A stretch of DNA of 64,000 nucleotides from Octopus sinensis (GCF_006345805.1 NC_042999.1:150846001-150910000); one strand, 5' to 3'; positions 36,434 through 50,420 are shown, numbered from the stretch's first letter. Made by a program: numbers and translations. Notes: generated by a model from the letters alone, not told the origin.

Positions 36434-36704
36434 TATCATGGCCAAATATGATGAATATAACTAACCACTGCATTCAGTCATTTCTTCTTTTTATGTTCAG
36501 ATTCATCCATGAATGTTTTAATTCTACTAAATTTTAGAAAATGGTAAATATGAGGATGTACACAAACTTTCTGCCACGCTGGCAGAATTGTTACTCTACT
36601 GGAAAAATTATTTGGCAGACCTTTTTTTGGTTCTTTACATTCTGAGTTCGAATGCCATTGAGATTCACTTTGCCTTTTCATTTCTTTCATGATCAAGGTG
36701 GTGA

Positions 36705-37095
36705 GATGGCAGAATCGTTAGAACACCGGACGAAATGCCTAGCGGTATTTCGTCTGCCGTTACGTACTAAGTTCAAATTCCACTGATGTCGACTTTGCCT
36801 TTCATCCTTTCAGGGTCGATAAATTAAGTACCTGTTACGCATTGGGGTCGATGTATTCGACTTAATCCGTTTGTCTGTCCTTGTTTGTCTCCTCTGTGTT
36901 TAGCCCCTTGTGGGTAGTAAAGAAATAGGTATTTTATCTGTTTTTACATTCTGAGTTCAAATTCCACTGAGGTTGACTTTGCCTTTCATCCTTTCGGGGA
37001 TGATAAATTGAATATCAGTTGCATACTGGGGTCGATCTAATCAACTGGCCCCCCTCCCCCCAGATTTCAGGCCTTGTGCCTAGAGTGGAAAAGAA
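36705..37095 (+). mobile_element. SINE-C1 directly followed by the 3' part of a SINE-C2
   Basis: ..TAAAGAAATA|GGTATTTTATCTG..CTGAGTTCAAATTCC..CAGGCCTTGTGCCTAGAG. Confidence 0.8.
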
Positions 37096-38512
37096 CATAT
37101 ATTTCTACTTTCAGATGATGATGATAATAGATGCAATACCAGGTACTGGCTCTCATGGCTTCTAGTGGAGGAGCATCATAGTCATCTTTGAATAGATATC
37201 CTTTTTTCCCAGCTTGATAGCAAAACTTTTCATTTAATAAAATCTCAATCTCAATCTCTTCTTTTTAACTTAAATCCCCCTTGAACCACACTAAACCCCT
37301 AACATACCACTCGACTCAACCACAAAACCAACCAGCCCCGCAAACCCCTATTTCTATAAAATGTGTGTTTCATCCCGTTACAAAGTAAATAATTCTTTGC
37401 AAGTAATCGTACTGAAGCATAAGCAATTCTACACCCTTGACTACTTTGCCACTTCTTTATGATAATCCAAAACAGGAAGTTTATATTCTTGGACTTAAAT
37501 ATTCTGATTAAATGGAATTGTGATTAATGTAGATTATTAATGGAATCAAAGGTTCCTGGAATTGTTATATGTACTTTTGTATTCATTCATTTATTTGTTT
37601 AGATCCTTTTGTTAGTATGTATAGGGTCAGCAAGGTTCTAAGTAAATATTGCGTCCATTACATATTAGGTTTCTCTGTTCAGTTCATCTGCCTTCTCTCC
37701 CACCACAACCACCACCATTTCTGCCTGCCAATCACATTTTGACAACCAAATGAATCTTGCCCTATCTCCTTTCATACAGATTGTCTTGTCAAACATGTCT
37801 TTTTGTTTGTTTATTTGTCTCTCTCCTTTGCCATTTGTATTTTTTATATTTTTGTAATATCTTGCATGACCCCATCATAGCTAAGGGCCCCTGGTCACTT
37901 CTGATTTAAATATGTGATGCAAGACTTACTATAACCTTTTAACCGAGAAGAGAATGAGCATTTCTTCTCCTTCTTTATTCTTTCTCTTCTTCCTATTTAC
38001 ATTCTCTCATTTCATTTCCCTTTTTAAGGATTTCCATTCCATATTTTTTCCCTTTTCTCCAGTTATATTTCATGACTTTTTTTCTTCCGCCATTCCCCCA
38101 CTCTCCCACACACACACACACTTGCCAACACTCTCTCCCTCCCTCTCTCTGCATGGACCAATTTCCGGCTGTGAAACTGAACCAATTTTATATTTATGTG
38201 TGTATGTACATATATATATTAAGGGGGAAAGTTGAAATATGACTTTTCTCCCTTATACTGAATTAATGTCTAAACATTACAAAGCTACTGAGGAAAACTC
38301 CATAAATACATGAGATTGAAAGTGGGATAGTGAGAAGATGGTTAAAAAAGACTCCACATTAATTGCGAATTTTAATCTTGAAATTAGCTAATTCACAATT
38401 GATGTGGAGTCATTTTTAAATATCTTCTCACTAGCCTGCTAGCTTTGTAATGTTTAGACATTCATTCAGTATGGAGGAGAACAGTCGTATTTCAACTTTC
38501 CCCCTTAATATA

Positions 38513-38548
<36 letters not shown>

Positions 38549-38700
38549 CAGGTGGCACGTAAAAAGCACCCACTACACTCACGGAGTGGTTGGCATTAGG
38601 AAGGGCATCCAGCTGTAGAAACATTGCCAGATAAGACTGGAGCCTGGTGCAGCCTTCTGGCTTCCCAGATCCCCGGTTGAACCGTCCAACCCATGCTAGC

Positions 38701-38935
38701 AATTTCGGCTGATTAATCTTGAGATTGCTCCGATCTGGCCAGCCCCAAAGGAAAATCTAAGCCAAGCGCATTAGATTCCTTGGAAGAAAGCCTCGAATGT
38801 ATACAAAACAAGGACGGAAAAACGAACAATGTTACACGAATAAAAATACAAAAATACGTAAAAACAATAATGATAGCACGAATAAGAATACAAAAATACG
38901 TAAAAACAATAATGATAATAATAATAACAACAAAA
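38701..38935 (+). mobile_element. Probable 3' UTR fragment of a non-LTR element with a duplicated 42-bp end and (AAT)n tail
   Basis: CACGAATAA(A/G)AATACAAAAATACGTAAAAACAATAATGATA at 38835 and 38877, then AATAATAATAA; no coding motif seen, so the family is uncertain. Confidence 0.35.
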
Positions 38936-38979
38936 ACAGGACGTCACAGACAAGCGTCTTTTCGACAGGACGAGTAAAT

Positions 38980-39356
38980 TTTTGAGCTAGCGTGATTGTT
39001 GCCAGAGCGGCTAACTGGTGTTTGTGCTGGTGGCATGTAAAAGGCACCATTCGAGTGTGGTGATCGTTACCACCGTTGCCTTACTGGCACTTGTGCCAGT
39101 GACACGTAAAAAGAAACCCCAAAAACATGATTTTTTCGTGGCTGTTGCCAGTACCGCCTGACTGGTCCTCATGCCGGTGGCATGTAAAAGCACCCACAAC
39201 ACTCTGAGTGGTTGGCGTTAGGAAGGGCATCCAGCTGTAAAAACTCTGCTAGATCAAGATTGGAGCCTGGTGCAGCCATCTGGTTCGCCAGTCCTCAGTC
39301 AAATCGTCCAACCCATGCTAGCATGGAAAGCGGACGTTAAACGATGATGATGATGA
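38980..39356 (+). mobile_element. SINE family B, well preserved
   Basis: GAGTGGTTGGCGTTAGGAAGGGCATCCAGCTG...CCAACCCATGCTAGCATGGAAAGCGGACGTTAAACGATGATGATGATG. Confidence 0.88.
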
Positions 39357-39507
39357 TATATATATATATGGATGCTGACTTTACCAAACTGCCTTGGTGC
39401 CTCAGTTTAAGTACCTAATTCAAATGAATCTCAATTATTTCTCATATATATATATATATATATATGCATATACACACACACACACACACACACATGTTTA
39501 TATGTAT

Positions 39508-40385
39508 ATTAGGTTGAGGAATAACCCATGAGCAATTTTTTCAAATCTATTTTAAGCAAAAAAAGACTACAACAAATCAATCAATAATATACTTTCCATT
39601 GTTGTTTACAACTTCCTTCCATCATTCAATAAGCTTTTTGATGCGTCGGTGATAGAAATCTCCCAGTCTTGACTCAAAGAATTCGTCCAACCAAGGCCTC
39701 AATTCCATGTCATTATTGAATGATGCACCATGCAAAGCGTTTGAAAGTGGTTGAAAGAGATGAAAATCTGGTGGCACCAAGTCTGAAGAGTATATAGGAT
39801 GAGGCAGCACTTCCCATTTAAGTACTTGAGTCATGGCTTTGGTCAAATTGGCGATGTGAGGATAGGCGTTGTCGTGTTGCAGAAGAATACCATTTCACCT
39901 ATTCAGTCTTTTTTGCTGAATTGCTTTGCTGAGTCAGTGCGGTTGTTGAATGTAGTGTTCCGCATTGAGTGTTTGGTTTGCACTCAAGCAGTTCGTAATG
40001 AATTATGCCGTCCCTGTCCCACCACACACACAATATGGTCTTTTGAGGATGAAGGTCTTGTTTTGCTTGTGGAGTCACTTGTTTTTTGGGGTTGAGCCAT
40101 TCTTTTCACTGCTTCATATTGATGTAAAGGCGCTATTTTTCATCACCAGTGACAATGTGGTGAAGAAAATGCTGTTTGTGACCATGTGTTAAGTGATGTC
40201 AAGCGAGCAAACTGGCGGCGATTGTGGAGTGTTGATCTTTGTTGTTTTTGCTCAAAGTGTGCAGCATCCAAGTGAAGGTGGTTTACCACATTTTTTTTTT
40301 ATCACAGTCCATCTGTTCCACCAGTTCTCTGGTCGTTTGACATGGATTTTCATGAAGAAGTTGATTCAACATTCGAACGTGGTCG
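39508..40385 (-). pseudogene. mariner (DD34D) transposase pseudogene, 3' half with one TIR; 5' part lost at a SINE-B insertion
   Basis: FLHHIVTGDEK*, LLQHDNAYPH and WEVLPHPIYSSDLVPPDFHLF motifs; terminal TA-TTAGGTTGAGGAATAA. Confidence 0.88.
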
Positions 40386-41019
40386 TTGCTAGTGCCGCTG
40401 GATTGGCTCCCATGCAGGTGGCACGTAAAAAACACATTTTGAGCATGGTCAATGCCAGGACCACCTGACTGGCCTTCATGCCGGTGGCTCGTAAATGCAC
40501 CCACTACACTCTCAGAGCGGTTAGCATTAGAAAGAGCATCCAGCTGTAGAAACTTTGCCAGATCAGATTGGAGTCTGGTGCAGCCTTCTGGCTTGCCAGT
40601 CCTCAGTCAAACTGTCCAACCCATGCCAGCATGGAAAGCGGACATTAAACGACAATGATGATGTTGATATATATTTATATTGGGGTGGGGCGAAGCTATT
40701 CTATAAGAAACTGTTGTCTAATTCGTAGCAATAACAGGTGGTGGGTCACAAGTTGTCAATAAGAGCCTACCTACTTCATTTGTTAGATATAAACCAAAGA
40801 TTATAAAATAAGCCATACACCAAATTAAATAATTATATTCATGATAAAGAAATAAAGATTTTTGCCAGATTGTTGCTACTCTTAAGTCCTTATCCCTTTC
40901 AAGATCATATTTTCATTAGAATGCAGTATACGTTTTAATTAAGTTTGAAAATAATCAAAAATTTTGAGGAATTTAGTAAAATAACATCAGTTAAATAAGG
41001 AACTAAGTTTGTTTTTATC

Positions 41020-41596
41020 TAATTTAGCATTCAGATTACTTTATCAAATGTAATGCTGACTCACATTCATCATCATCATCATCATCATTTAATGTTTGTT
41101 GTCCATGCTGGGTTGGATGGTTTGACTGGGTTTGGCATGCTAGAAGGCTGTGCCAGGCTCCAGACTAATTTGGCATGGTTTTCTATGGCTGGATGCTTTT
41201 CCTAACACCAACCATTCCGAGAGTGTAATGGGTGCTTTTACATGCCACCGGCATAAGTGCCTTTTGTGTGACACCGGTATCTGCCACAACTGTGATTTTG
41301 CTTGGCTTGATGTGTCTTCTCAAGCACATCAATGCCAAAGGACTTGGTCATTGCCTCTGTGAGGCCCACTTGAAGGGACTCAATCACCTTGCCTCCATGA
41401 GGTCCAACACTCAAAAGGAACTCAGCCACTTTACCTCTGTTTTAAATTTATCATTCATGATCTCATAGCTTCAAAATTTTGATCATATGATTGTGTATTT
41501 TTAGAATGATACTGAGAGGTCAGATTTGGCTGGTCTGAATATAAAACAGATAGAATATTTGGGCCAGATATGACTGATTTAAACGCTAAAGGGTTA
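41020..41596. mobile_element. piggyBac-like MITE (second family) interrupted by a SINE-B (about 41065-41430, -)
   Basis: Right end TAAACGCTAAAGGG-TTAA; left part TTTAGCATTCAGATTAC. Related fragments lie at about 4615-4790, 7510 and 8500. Confidence 0.6.
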
Positions 41597-41959
41597 ACAC
41601 CATAAAATTATGGTAGTAGACTTTAATCTAAATACAAGCACTTTAGATGGAAACCAGAGGCTGTTTTGAGCTGATTGGTATCAAAAGAGTTAAAGAATTT
41701 ATGCTCAAAACTCCCCAGAAACATTTTATGCAATCAGAGACAGAAAATTTATGATTCATCATCATCGTGAACAAATAAAGGAAATGGAACCAGTTGTAAA
41801 AATCTCATTGCTTGGTTCTTGACACATAAATGAAGACACAGTATAGGTAAGTTAAATGCAACAGGTAAAGCTGCTTAATAAAAAATATGATTGTCAGCAG
41901 AAGCAGTATTTATACCAAAAGGTAATATTTATCCCCACTGAGGAGTGCCACCTGATGCT

Positions 41960-42362
41960 GCATTGCCTGACTGGCTCCCAGTGCTGGTGGCATGTAAAAA
42001 GCACCATCCAAACATGGTCAATGCCAGCCCCCTCACCCCGATTGGCTTCTGTGCTGGTGGCATGTAAAACGCACCATCTGAACGTGTTTGATGCCAGCCC
42101 CCTGGCCCCGACTGGTTCCTGTGATAGTGGCACATAAAAAGCACCATCTGAAAGTGGTTGATGCCAGCCTCCTTGACCCGACTATAAAAAGCACCCACTA
42201 CACTCTTGGAGTGGTTGGCGTTAGGAAGGACATCCAGCTGTAGAAGCATTGCCAGATCAGATTGGAGCCTGGTGTGGCCTCCTGGCTTGCCAGACCCCCC
42301 CCAGTCAAACCGTCCAATTCATGCCAGCATGGAAAACGGACGTTAAACAATGATGATGATGA
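41960..42362 (+). mobile_element. SINE family B with three ~70-bp internal modules
   Basis: TGGCAYRTAAAA(A/C)GCACCATC repeated three times before the conserved body and (GAT)n tail. Confidence 0.85.
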
Positions 42363-43299
42363 CTTAAAAGTGAATTTTGTATTAGAACACAGAATACTGA
42401 AATATTTACCATGAGAGAACCTCTCAAACGGACTTGTGGTGCGTATAAGCACTCATGTCTATAAGCATGCTTGTCCATACCGCCAGCAGGAGATAATTGT
42501 CTGCTATTGCCATCAAAACTGCACTTAACACCAGCAGATGGTGCACTAAAATATATGCATCATAAACAGCATGATCTTGGTAAATAGGTCCAGGAAGAAA
42601 AAAAAAAGTAAATTATAATGAAATAATAATCTTAGCAGAGAATATGACAGTGAGGTATCTAAGTACAAAACAATTTTTCATCATCACCATCATCATTGTT
42701 ATTATCGTCGTCATCATCATCACCATCATTGTCGTCATCATCATCATCACCATCATTGTCGTCATCATCACCATCATTGTCGTCATCATCATCATCACCA
42801 TCATTGTCGTCATCATCATCATCATAGGTCTGTTTTCCATGGATTGCACAGTTTAGAAATCTTTGTCATCTTTTGTCTTTTACTTGTTTCAATCATTAGA
42901 CTGTGGCCATGCTGGGGCACTGCTTTAAAGAATTTTTAGTCGAATGAATCATTCCCTTGTCTTTTTAAAACCTGATACTTATTCAATTTGTCTTTTGCCA
43001 AGCTGCTAAGTTATGGGGACATATACACACCAACACCAGTTGCAAAGCAGTAGTGGGACACAAAAACGGTCACACACACACACACACACATGATGAGCTT
43101 TCAGTTTCTGTCTATCGAATCCACTTAAAAGCTTTGGTTGGCCCAGGGCCACAATAAAAGACACTTTCTCAAAGAACCATGCAGTGGGACTGAACCTGGA
43201 ACCTTGTGGTTGGAAAGCAATCTTTTTACCACCCCACACACTCAGCACCTTTATAACTTATTTTCCCCTCTACTCCTATGATTCTCTGGTCAGTATAAT

Positions 43300-43745
43300 T
43301 CTTTTCTACTCTAGGCACAAGGCCTGAAATTTTTGGGGATTGGGCCACTCGTTTAGATCAACCCCAGTATGCAACTGGTACTTAATTTATCAACCCTGAA
43401 AGAATTAAAGGCAAAGTCAACCTCGGCAGAATTTGAACTCAGAGAGTAAAGACAGACGAAATACTGCTAAGCATTTCACCCAGTGTGCTGAAGTTTCTTA
43501 TTTCTTTACTACCAACAAGGGGCTAAACACAGAGGGGACAGACAAACGGATTAAGTCGATTATATCGACCCCAGTGCGTAACTGGTACCTATTTAATCGA
43601 CCCCGAAAGGATGAAAGGCAAAGTTGGCCTCGGCGGAATTTGAACTCAGAACGTAGCGGCAGACAAAATAACCGAAATAACGAAATAACCGCTAAGCATT
43701 TCGCCCCAGTGTGCTGCCGGTTCTGTCAGTTCCCCACCTTTTCTG
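43300..43745 (-). mobile_element. SINE-C1 joined to or nested in SINE-C2
   Basis: Two adjacent minus-strand family C copies with different tails. Confidence 0.75.
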
Positions 43746-44129
43746 GTCAATATAATGGTGTTGATAGGTCAGGGATAGAGGGGGTATATATATATATATA
43801 TATACATATATATACACACAGTGTGTTTATCTTAACTGAAGCGATCTCTCTGTCAGTGTCTCTCTCTGTACCAACTCACTCCGCCATGCTCTATTATCTG
43901 GAACTGAAGGGTGTTAGCAGCTGTCAGCTTCATATAGAATGTCACTAAACATGACAGTCCATGTTTGTTATCTTAACCAAGTTGTTAACTCTGAATAGAT
44001 GCATTTACCCTGTCCCTGCTCCTTGCATTGCCCTATCCCTGTGTTCCCTGCTCCCTGCATCACCCCTGTCCCTGTGCTCCCTGCTTCCAAACACCGTGCA
44101 CTCCCTCCTACCAGCTTCTTCCCTATCTC

Positions 44130-45000
44130 CCTCTCACTATCTTTCTACCCCTCTACCTCTCTTTCTCTCTCTCACCAATTCTGCATATTTTTAGTTATAT
44201 CCATTATATTTTTCACTTTCATTTTCATTCCCTTTCTGTCTGTCTGTCTGTCTGTCCCTCTTATTTGCTTCTCTCCATCCTTCTCTCTCCATCTCTCTCT
44301 CTCTCTCTTCTTACCCCCTTTCTACCTTTGTCTCTCATCTCTCTCTTATCTGCCTATCACCCTCTGTCTCTCATCTCTCTGTCTCTCTTTCTACCTCTGT
44401 CTGTCTGTCTCTCTCTCTGGTTCTTTCCTTTTCTACTTTTGTCTCTCATCTCTGTCTCTCACTCTTTCTACCTGTTTGTCATTGGTCTGTCTATCTGTCT
44501 CTCTCTGGTTCTTTCCCTTTCTACTTTTGTCTCTCACCTCTCTGTCTCTCACCTTTTCTACCTCTGTCTATTATCTGTCTGTCTGTCTCTCTTTTTGGTT
44601 CTATCCTTTTCTACTTTTGTCTCTCATTTCTCTGTCTTTCACCCTTTCTACCTCTATCTTTCATCCCTTTCTCTCCTTCTGTCTGTCTGTCTCTCTCTCA
44701 ACTCTTTCTATTTTGTCTCTCATCCTTCTGTCCATCACACACCTCTCACTCTCTCTTTGTCTTCTGCCATATTCTTTGCCTCCCATTTTCCTCCCTCTGT
44801 CTCATCTCTCTCTTCCCCAAACCCTTCTCTCTTTTTCCTTCTCCTCATCTATTTTTTGGCTCTTTCTCTCTCTCTCAGCCTCTCTCACCCCCTCTCTATC
44901 TGTAACTCGCTCCCTTTCTTTGCTCTTCACCCCTCCCTCTATTTCTCCTCTTCTCTCCTCCATCCCCCTCTTCTGTCTTTTACCTTATTCTCTCTCGCTG
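44130..45000. repeat. About 0.9-kb polypyrimidine (CT-rich) tract with an ~88-bp degenerate tandem unit
   Basis: TCTGTCTCTC..TGGTTCT(T/A)TCC..TTTTCTACTTTTGTCTCTCA recurs at about 44400, 44490 and 44578. The 335/339-aa ORFs are L/S/F-rich artefacts. Confidence 0.9.
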
Positions 45001-46067
45001 TATTAAAAAAAGACCCCCCCCCCAACAAAAACCCTCAGCTTATTTAAACCCAAAAACTCAATGCCAAGTTAAATAATAATCTTCATGGAAATCTGAACTT
45101 GTTGAAATTTCCAGATAATGAGTTTGTTTTGATTTATCAACAAGTTTTTAATGCCCCTGTGTGTGTGTGTGTGTGTGTGTGTGTCGTGGTGGAGGTGATG
45201 GAGGCTATCTCTTTCCCACCCTCCTATCATCATGTCTTTTTGTCAATTGTTTACTTTTCACTAGTTTTTGATAGTTTTACTGCTTTAATTTCTCTTGTTA
45301 ACGTGAAATTTGACATCTACTTGTCACTGGATGTTGGTCTGTGGTGGAGATAGAGAGGCTGTGATGTAATGTAATTGCTGTAATATGGGCTTGGGTGCAA
45401 GCCTGAGTATTCTACCCCAACCCAGCCCAGTATCTACCACCTCCTCCCTCCTAGTTTCATTTGACTGCTATTGGTTACCAATAACAGAATAACAATTACA
45501 ACAACAATAATAATCCTTTGGGGGACAGGCCCCTCGATGAGATCAATCTCCAGTACAAAACTGGTACTTAATTTATTGACCCCGAAAGGATGAAAGGCAA
45601 AGTCGACCTCAGCAGAATTTGAACTAAGAACGTAGCAACAGGCAAAATACCACTAAGCATTTTTTGCCCAGCGTGCTAATGATTCTGTCACCTCAACACC
45701 TTTCTACGGCAACAATGATAATTTCTTTTATTTGCCATAGGGGCATAGACGAGGGAGGACATCACTAAGATTGACAACAATTTTTGTGGGTATTTATGTA
45801 AAGGATGGAGAGTAAAAAATGGAAATGACAGTGAAATGCAATAAAAATATACAGAGTATGTGATAACATGAATGATGTAGTTCTCTTGATTTAGGTAAAA
45901 CTCCAACTAGGGCCACTTAAGGAACCCTACAAAATCTAGGATTACCATGAGCACCAAAGGTACAAAGCCCTCTCTCCTGTTCTTCAATCTAGTTACATAC
46001 TTAGTGTAGAACCGTTCACTCTAATAATTTTTTGCCACAGTCACCCATTTAATAATATAATAAAAAT

Positions 46068-46545
46068 CTATTTCTTTATTGCCCACAGGAAGCTAAACAC
46101 AGAGGGGACAAACAAGGATAGACAAAAGGATTAAGTTGATTACATCGACCCCAGTGCATAACTGGTACTTATTTAATATAAGGCGGTGAGCTGGCAGAAA
46201 CGTTAGCACGCTGGGCGAAATGCATAGCTGTATTTCGTCTGCCGTTATGTTCTGAGTTCAAAATACCGCTGAGGTCGACTTTGCCTTTCATCCTTTCGGG
46301 GTCGATAAATTAAGTACCAGTTACACACTGGGGTCGATGTAATCGACTTAATCCGTTTGTCTATCCTTGTTTGTCCCCTCTGTGTTTAGCCCCTTGTGGG
46401 TAGTAAAGAAATAGGTAACTTATTTAACTGATCCCAAAAGGATGAAAGGCAAAGTTGACCTTGGCGGAATTTAAACTCAGAATGTAATGGCAGACAAAAT
46501 ACCACTAAGTATTTTGCCTGGCGGTTAACATTTCTGCAAGCTTGC
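46068..46545. mobile_element. Plus-strand SINE-C1 (about 46180-46415) inserted into a minus-strand SINE-C1
   Basis: TSD core ACTTATTTAA at 46167-46176 and 46418-46427; the host sequence rejoins across it. Confidence 0.88.
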
Positions 46546-49500
46546 AACTCTTAACAGTTATATATTCTTTTCTATTCAAGGCACAAGGCCTGAAATTTTG
46601 GGGGAGAGGGCCAGTCAATTCGATTGACCCCAGTATGCAACTGGTATTTAATTTATCGATCCCGAAAGGATGAAAGGCAAAGTCAACCTCGGCGGAATTT
46701 GAACTCAGAACGTAAAGACAGACGAAATACCACTAAGCATTTCACCCGGCATGCTAACGTTTCTGCCAGCTCACTGCTTTAAGATCAATAAACATTACAG
46801 AAATTATGTATAGCACTCTGTCATTTCTATAACAGTAACAGCAACAACAATAATTGTTTATCACATTGGCACAAGGCCTGAAATATGGGGAAGATGGTCA
46901 GTTGAATTGAGTCAACCCCAGCAATAGAGTGGTGCCTTAGTTTATCGACCCTGGAAGGATAAAAGGAAAATGACTTTAGCTGGATTTGAACTCAGAAAGT
47001 ACAAGTTAAACGAATGTCACAAGGAGGCATATTGTCTGATGTTCTTACAGTTCTGCAAATTCACCCCTATAATGTTGATGACAACAATGATGATGATGAT
47101 GATGGTGGTGGAGGTGGTAATAGTGTTGTTGTTGGTGGTGGCGGCAAGGGCATCGGGTGGGGGTGGCTTCTTTTAGGGTAGATTCTGTGTTGGTGGAAAA
47201 AAAAACTATACTTTTCTCTAATTTTTATCTTGATAAAGGGTTTGAAGTGAGCCCTGCATGTGGAAGTTCCTCAGTTCTCATCGCTCTGCCAGCCTGTTAA
47301 GGCTCTCACAGTGAAAACACAGGCTTCCAAACTAACTAGAAATGTTTCTCTATTTATGTGAATGTTGATGGATTTGACACCGAGGGGCCAGGTTTATGCA
47401 TGAAGTCTTATGTTTTGGTTTTAAAATTTTATACCCTGTTATTTTGGGTTTTTTTGTTCACTATTTTTCTGCTTGATTTGTTTTTGTTGGTTGATAGTTT
47501 ATAGATATTAACAGTCAGTGTTTATTATTTGAGAAATCTGTTTCTTCTTTGAAATAACATACCTCCTCTTGTTTTAACAAATGGGAAATGCATCATTTAT
47601 GAATAAACAGAAGAGAAAAAACTTAGTTTAATTGTTCCGTTTAAATTCGTTACGGAGCATTAGAAAATTTACATTTTCATGCAACTGTTTCGTTGTATGT
47701 TACTCTAAAAGTGACTGTTCTATCATTTAAGAGACTACTAGAGTAAGAAAAAGGTTGTTGACTTAAAAACTTATACGGAGTTAACTGACATCTAAAAGGG
47801 TTGCTATATTGTGAAATATCTCAACCAAGGAAGTCAGTTTCATTAAATTTTATTATACTTTTCTTTTTTATTTACTTTAGATCTTAATCCATGAAGGCAC
47901 AGGCTCACAATTTCCAGACCAAGCTGTGTATTTTGTTCTTGAGCCAGACACTTTGTTTCATGTTGCTCCAGTTCACTCAGCTATAAAAATGAGTTGCAAC
48001 ATCACTGGTGCCAAGCAGTGTTGGCCTTTGCCTTTGCCTTTGCCTTGGACAACATTGGAAGCATGGAGAGAAGAGAATGGGATGCATGGTTGACTGGTGG
48101 TCTTACATAAAAAACCTTGCCCAGACTTGTGCCTTGGTGGTGGTGGGGGGGGACTTTCTATGTGCAATCCTATGGTCATTTGTGACCAAAGGGGTTTTTT
48201 TTTTTGTCCCTTTTATCTTAATCCATTGATTGATCATATGATTTACTGACAAAGTGTAGTTGGAGTAATTGAGTAGGGTGACTTGCCCTGACCAGTGTAA
48301 CTCTTCCACAGCAGATGTCTCAGTTGAGCTATGAGGTATGAATGTCTGGCCTGAATTTTAGCTACATTGGTCTAGTGTGGTCGTTGCCAGTACCACCTGA
48401 CTGGCTCTCGTGCCGGTGGCACGTAAAAGCACCCGCTACACTCTCGAAGTGGTTGATGTTAGGAAGCACATTCAGCTGTAGAAACTCTGCCAGATCAGAT
48501 TGGAGCCTGGTGCAGCCATCTGGTTTGCCAGTCCTCAGTCAAATCGTCCAACCCATGCTAGCATAGAAAGCGGACTTTAAATGACGATGATAATGAAATA
48601 TTTCATCTGTGCACATCCTGACTATAATAGTAAGCAAAAATATGATAACAAAAAGATGCTCCTATGCTACAAATTTTGTGTTTTAAAATCTTCCATCACA
48701 ATTTCAGTATAATTTATGTTCCAAACACCAAATTTATTTGTACAAAATTATTTTGCTAAACACTTCATTATTTTCAAAATTAATTGAAACAAAAGTGTTA
48801 ACGAATTGGTAAGGGTTAATTCATTGTTGGCACCTTCAGAGTTAGGAAGTTGTATTTTGTTAACATCTCAGTTATCATCAATAATGCGTGAAAAAAGAAA
48901 ACAACACTTTTTTAAAAATTACACCATTGTGTTGACAAAAGACTGTCTTTGGTCATATTTCTGACAATAATGTCTGGTTTCTTCTATCTAGACATCTCAT
49001 CTTTGACAATAATATTCTTTCTATTTTTTATAGCTTCTTCAGTTTATGTGTTTTCAAACAAATTCCAATTGTTACAAGGTTGTCATGAAGATATGATAGG
49101 AAAGAAGTTTTTATAGCAGCTGCCAAATTTCTTCAGCCCTGTTTTCTTGAAGAAATTACCAGGGTGGGCGATGATGGCAAAAATGTTAGATTGATTCTGA
49201 CAATGTGTAGGAACAGACACCACTGATCCCTTAACAATATCAAGACCCAGTTGTTTCCATCTATAATATTTATGAAGTTATGTTGTGAAGCATCTGGCCT
49301 GGTGGATTGGGCATTGAAGTCACGTTTGTAAGGCTGTAGCTTTGATTCCTGGACTGAGTAGTGCGTTTTGTTTTTCAGTAAAACACTTCATTTTGTACAA
49401 TTCTATATTTTTGAGACGAAGAAATTCATATCAAGTATTTACCTTAGTTGGACTGGTATCCTCATACTGAGTGTTGCTTTCACTATGTTTTGGCAGTTGT

Positions 49501-50149
49501 TCACTCCAGCCTTCTTCAGGTGTCTTGTGTCAGTGAAAGCAACAATCAAAATGAGAATACCAGTCTGACTTAAGTAAATACAAAATACTTAATTTCATTT
49601 AGATCAAGACTGCTCAGTTGTGAACAAGTTCCAGCTATTGGTCATCATTATCATGATCATGATCATCTTTAATGTCCTTTGTCCATGCTGAAATGGGTTG
49701 GACAGTTTGACTAGGTTGGCATGCTGAAAGGCTGCACCAGACCCCAGTTTGATTTTGTATGGTTTTCTATGGCTGGATGCTCTTCCTAATGCCAACCACT
49801 TCAATAGTGTAATGGGTGCTTTTACATGGGTGCCATTTGCGTGACACTGGTATCTTTCCTGACTGATTTTTCTCAACTTGATGGGTCTTCTTCTCAAGTA
49901 TGACATAATGCTAAAGCTCTCGGTCATTGCTTCTGTGAGGCCCAACACTTGATGCCACTGGTGTTGTCCAAGGGAAAGTTAATTTTATGATGGACCAGCA
50001 TCCTCTTCAGTGAGTGTGGAGAGTTTATTGTAATTTCAGTTACCTAGTTGCCATGGAAACTAGATTAAGTTCCAGCTTTATGATTCCTTGGGCCCATGAT
50101 GAAGCCATGTCTAAGTAAGTCTGTGTTGTTGATTTCATATATTCACTGC

Positions 50150-50420
50150 TAAGCAGTTAGGCTCACAATCATAAGATCATAAGTTCAATACCCTATAGAG
50201 CTTTGTGTCCTTGAGCAAGACACTTCATTTCATATTGCTCCAGTCCACTCACCTGGCAAAATCAAGTTGTACTTGTACCTGTAATTCAAAGAGCCAGCCT
50301 TGTCACACTCTGTGTCATGCTAAATCCCACTGAGAACAATGTTAAGGGTATGCGTGTATGAAGAGTGCTCAACCACTTGCACATTCCCTTGGTCAGATCA
50401 ACTGGAAAACTTGTCATCAT
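50150..50420 (+). mobile_element. SINE with central module W and tail module Y
   Basis: W: GTCCTTGAGCAAGACACTTCATTTCATATTGCTCCAGTCCACTCA; Y: GTACCTGTAATTCAAAGAGCCAGCCTTG...GAGTGCTCAACCACTTG. Confidence 0.7.

Noticed and set aside
43999-45047. 335- and 339-aa ORFs
   Set aside because: The CT-rich tract lacks stop codons for compositional reasons; the products are L/S/F low complexity.
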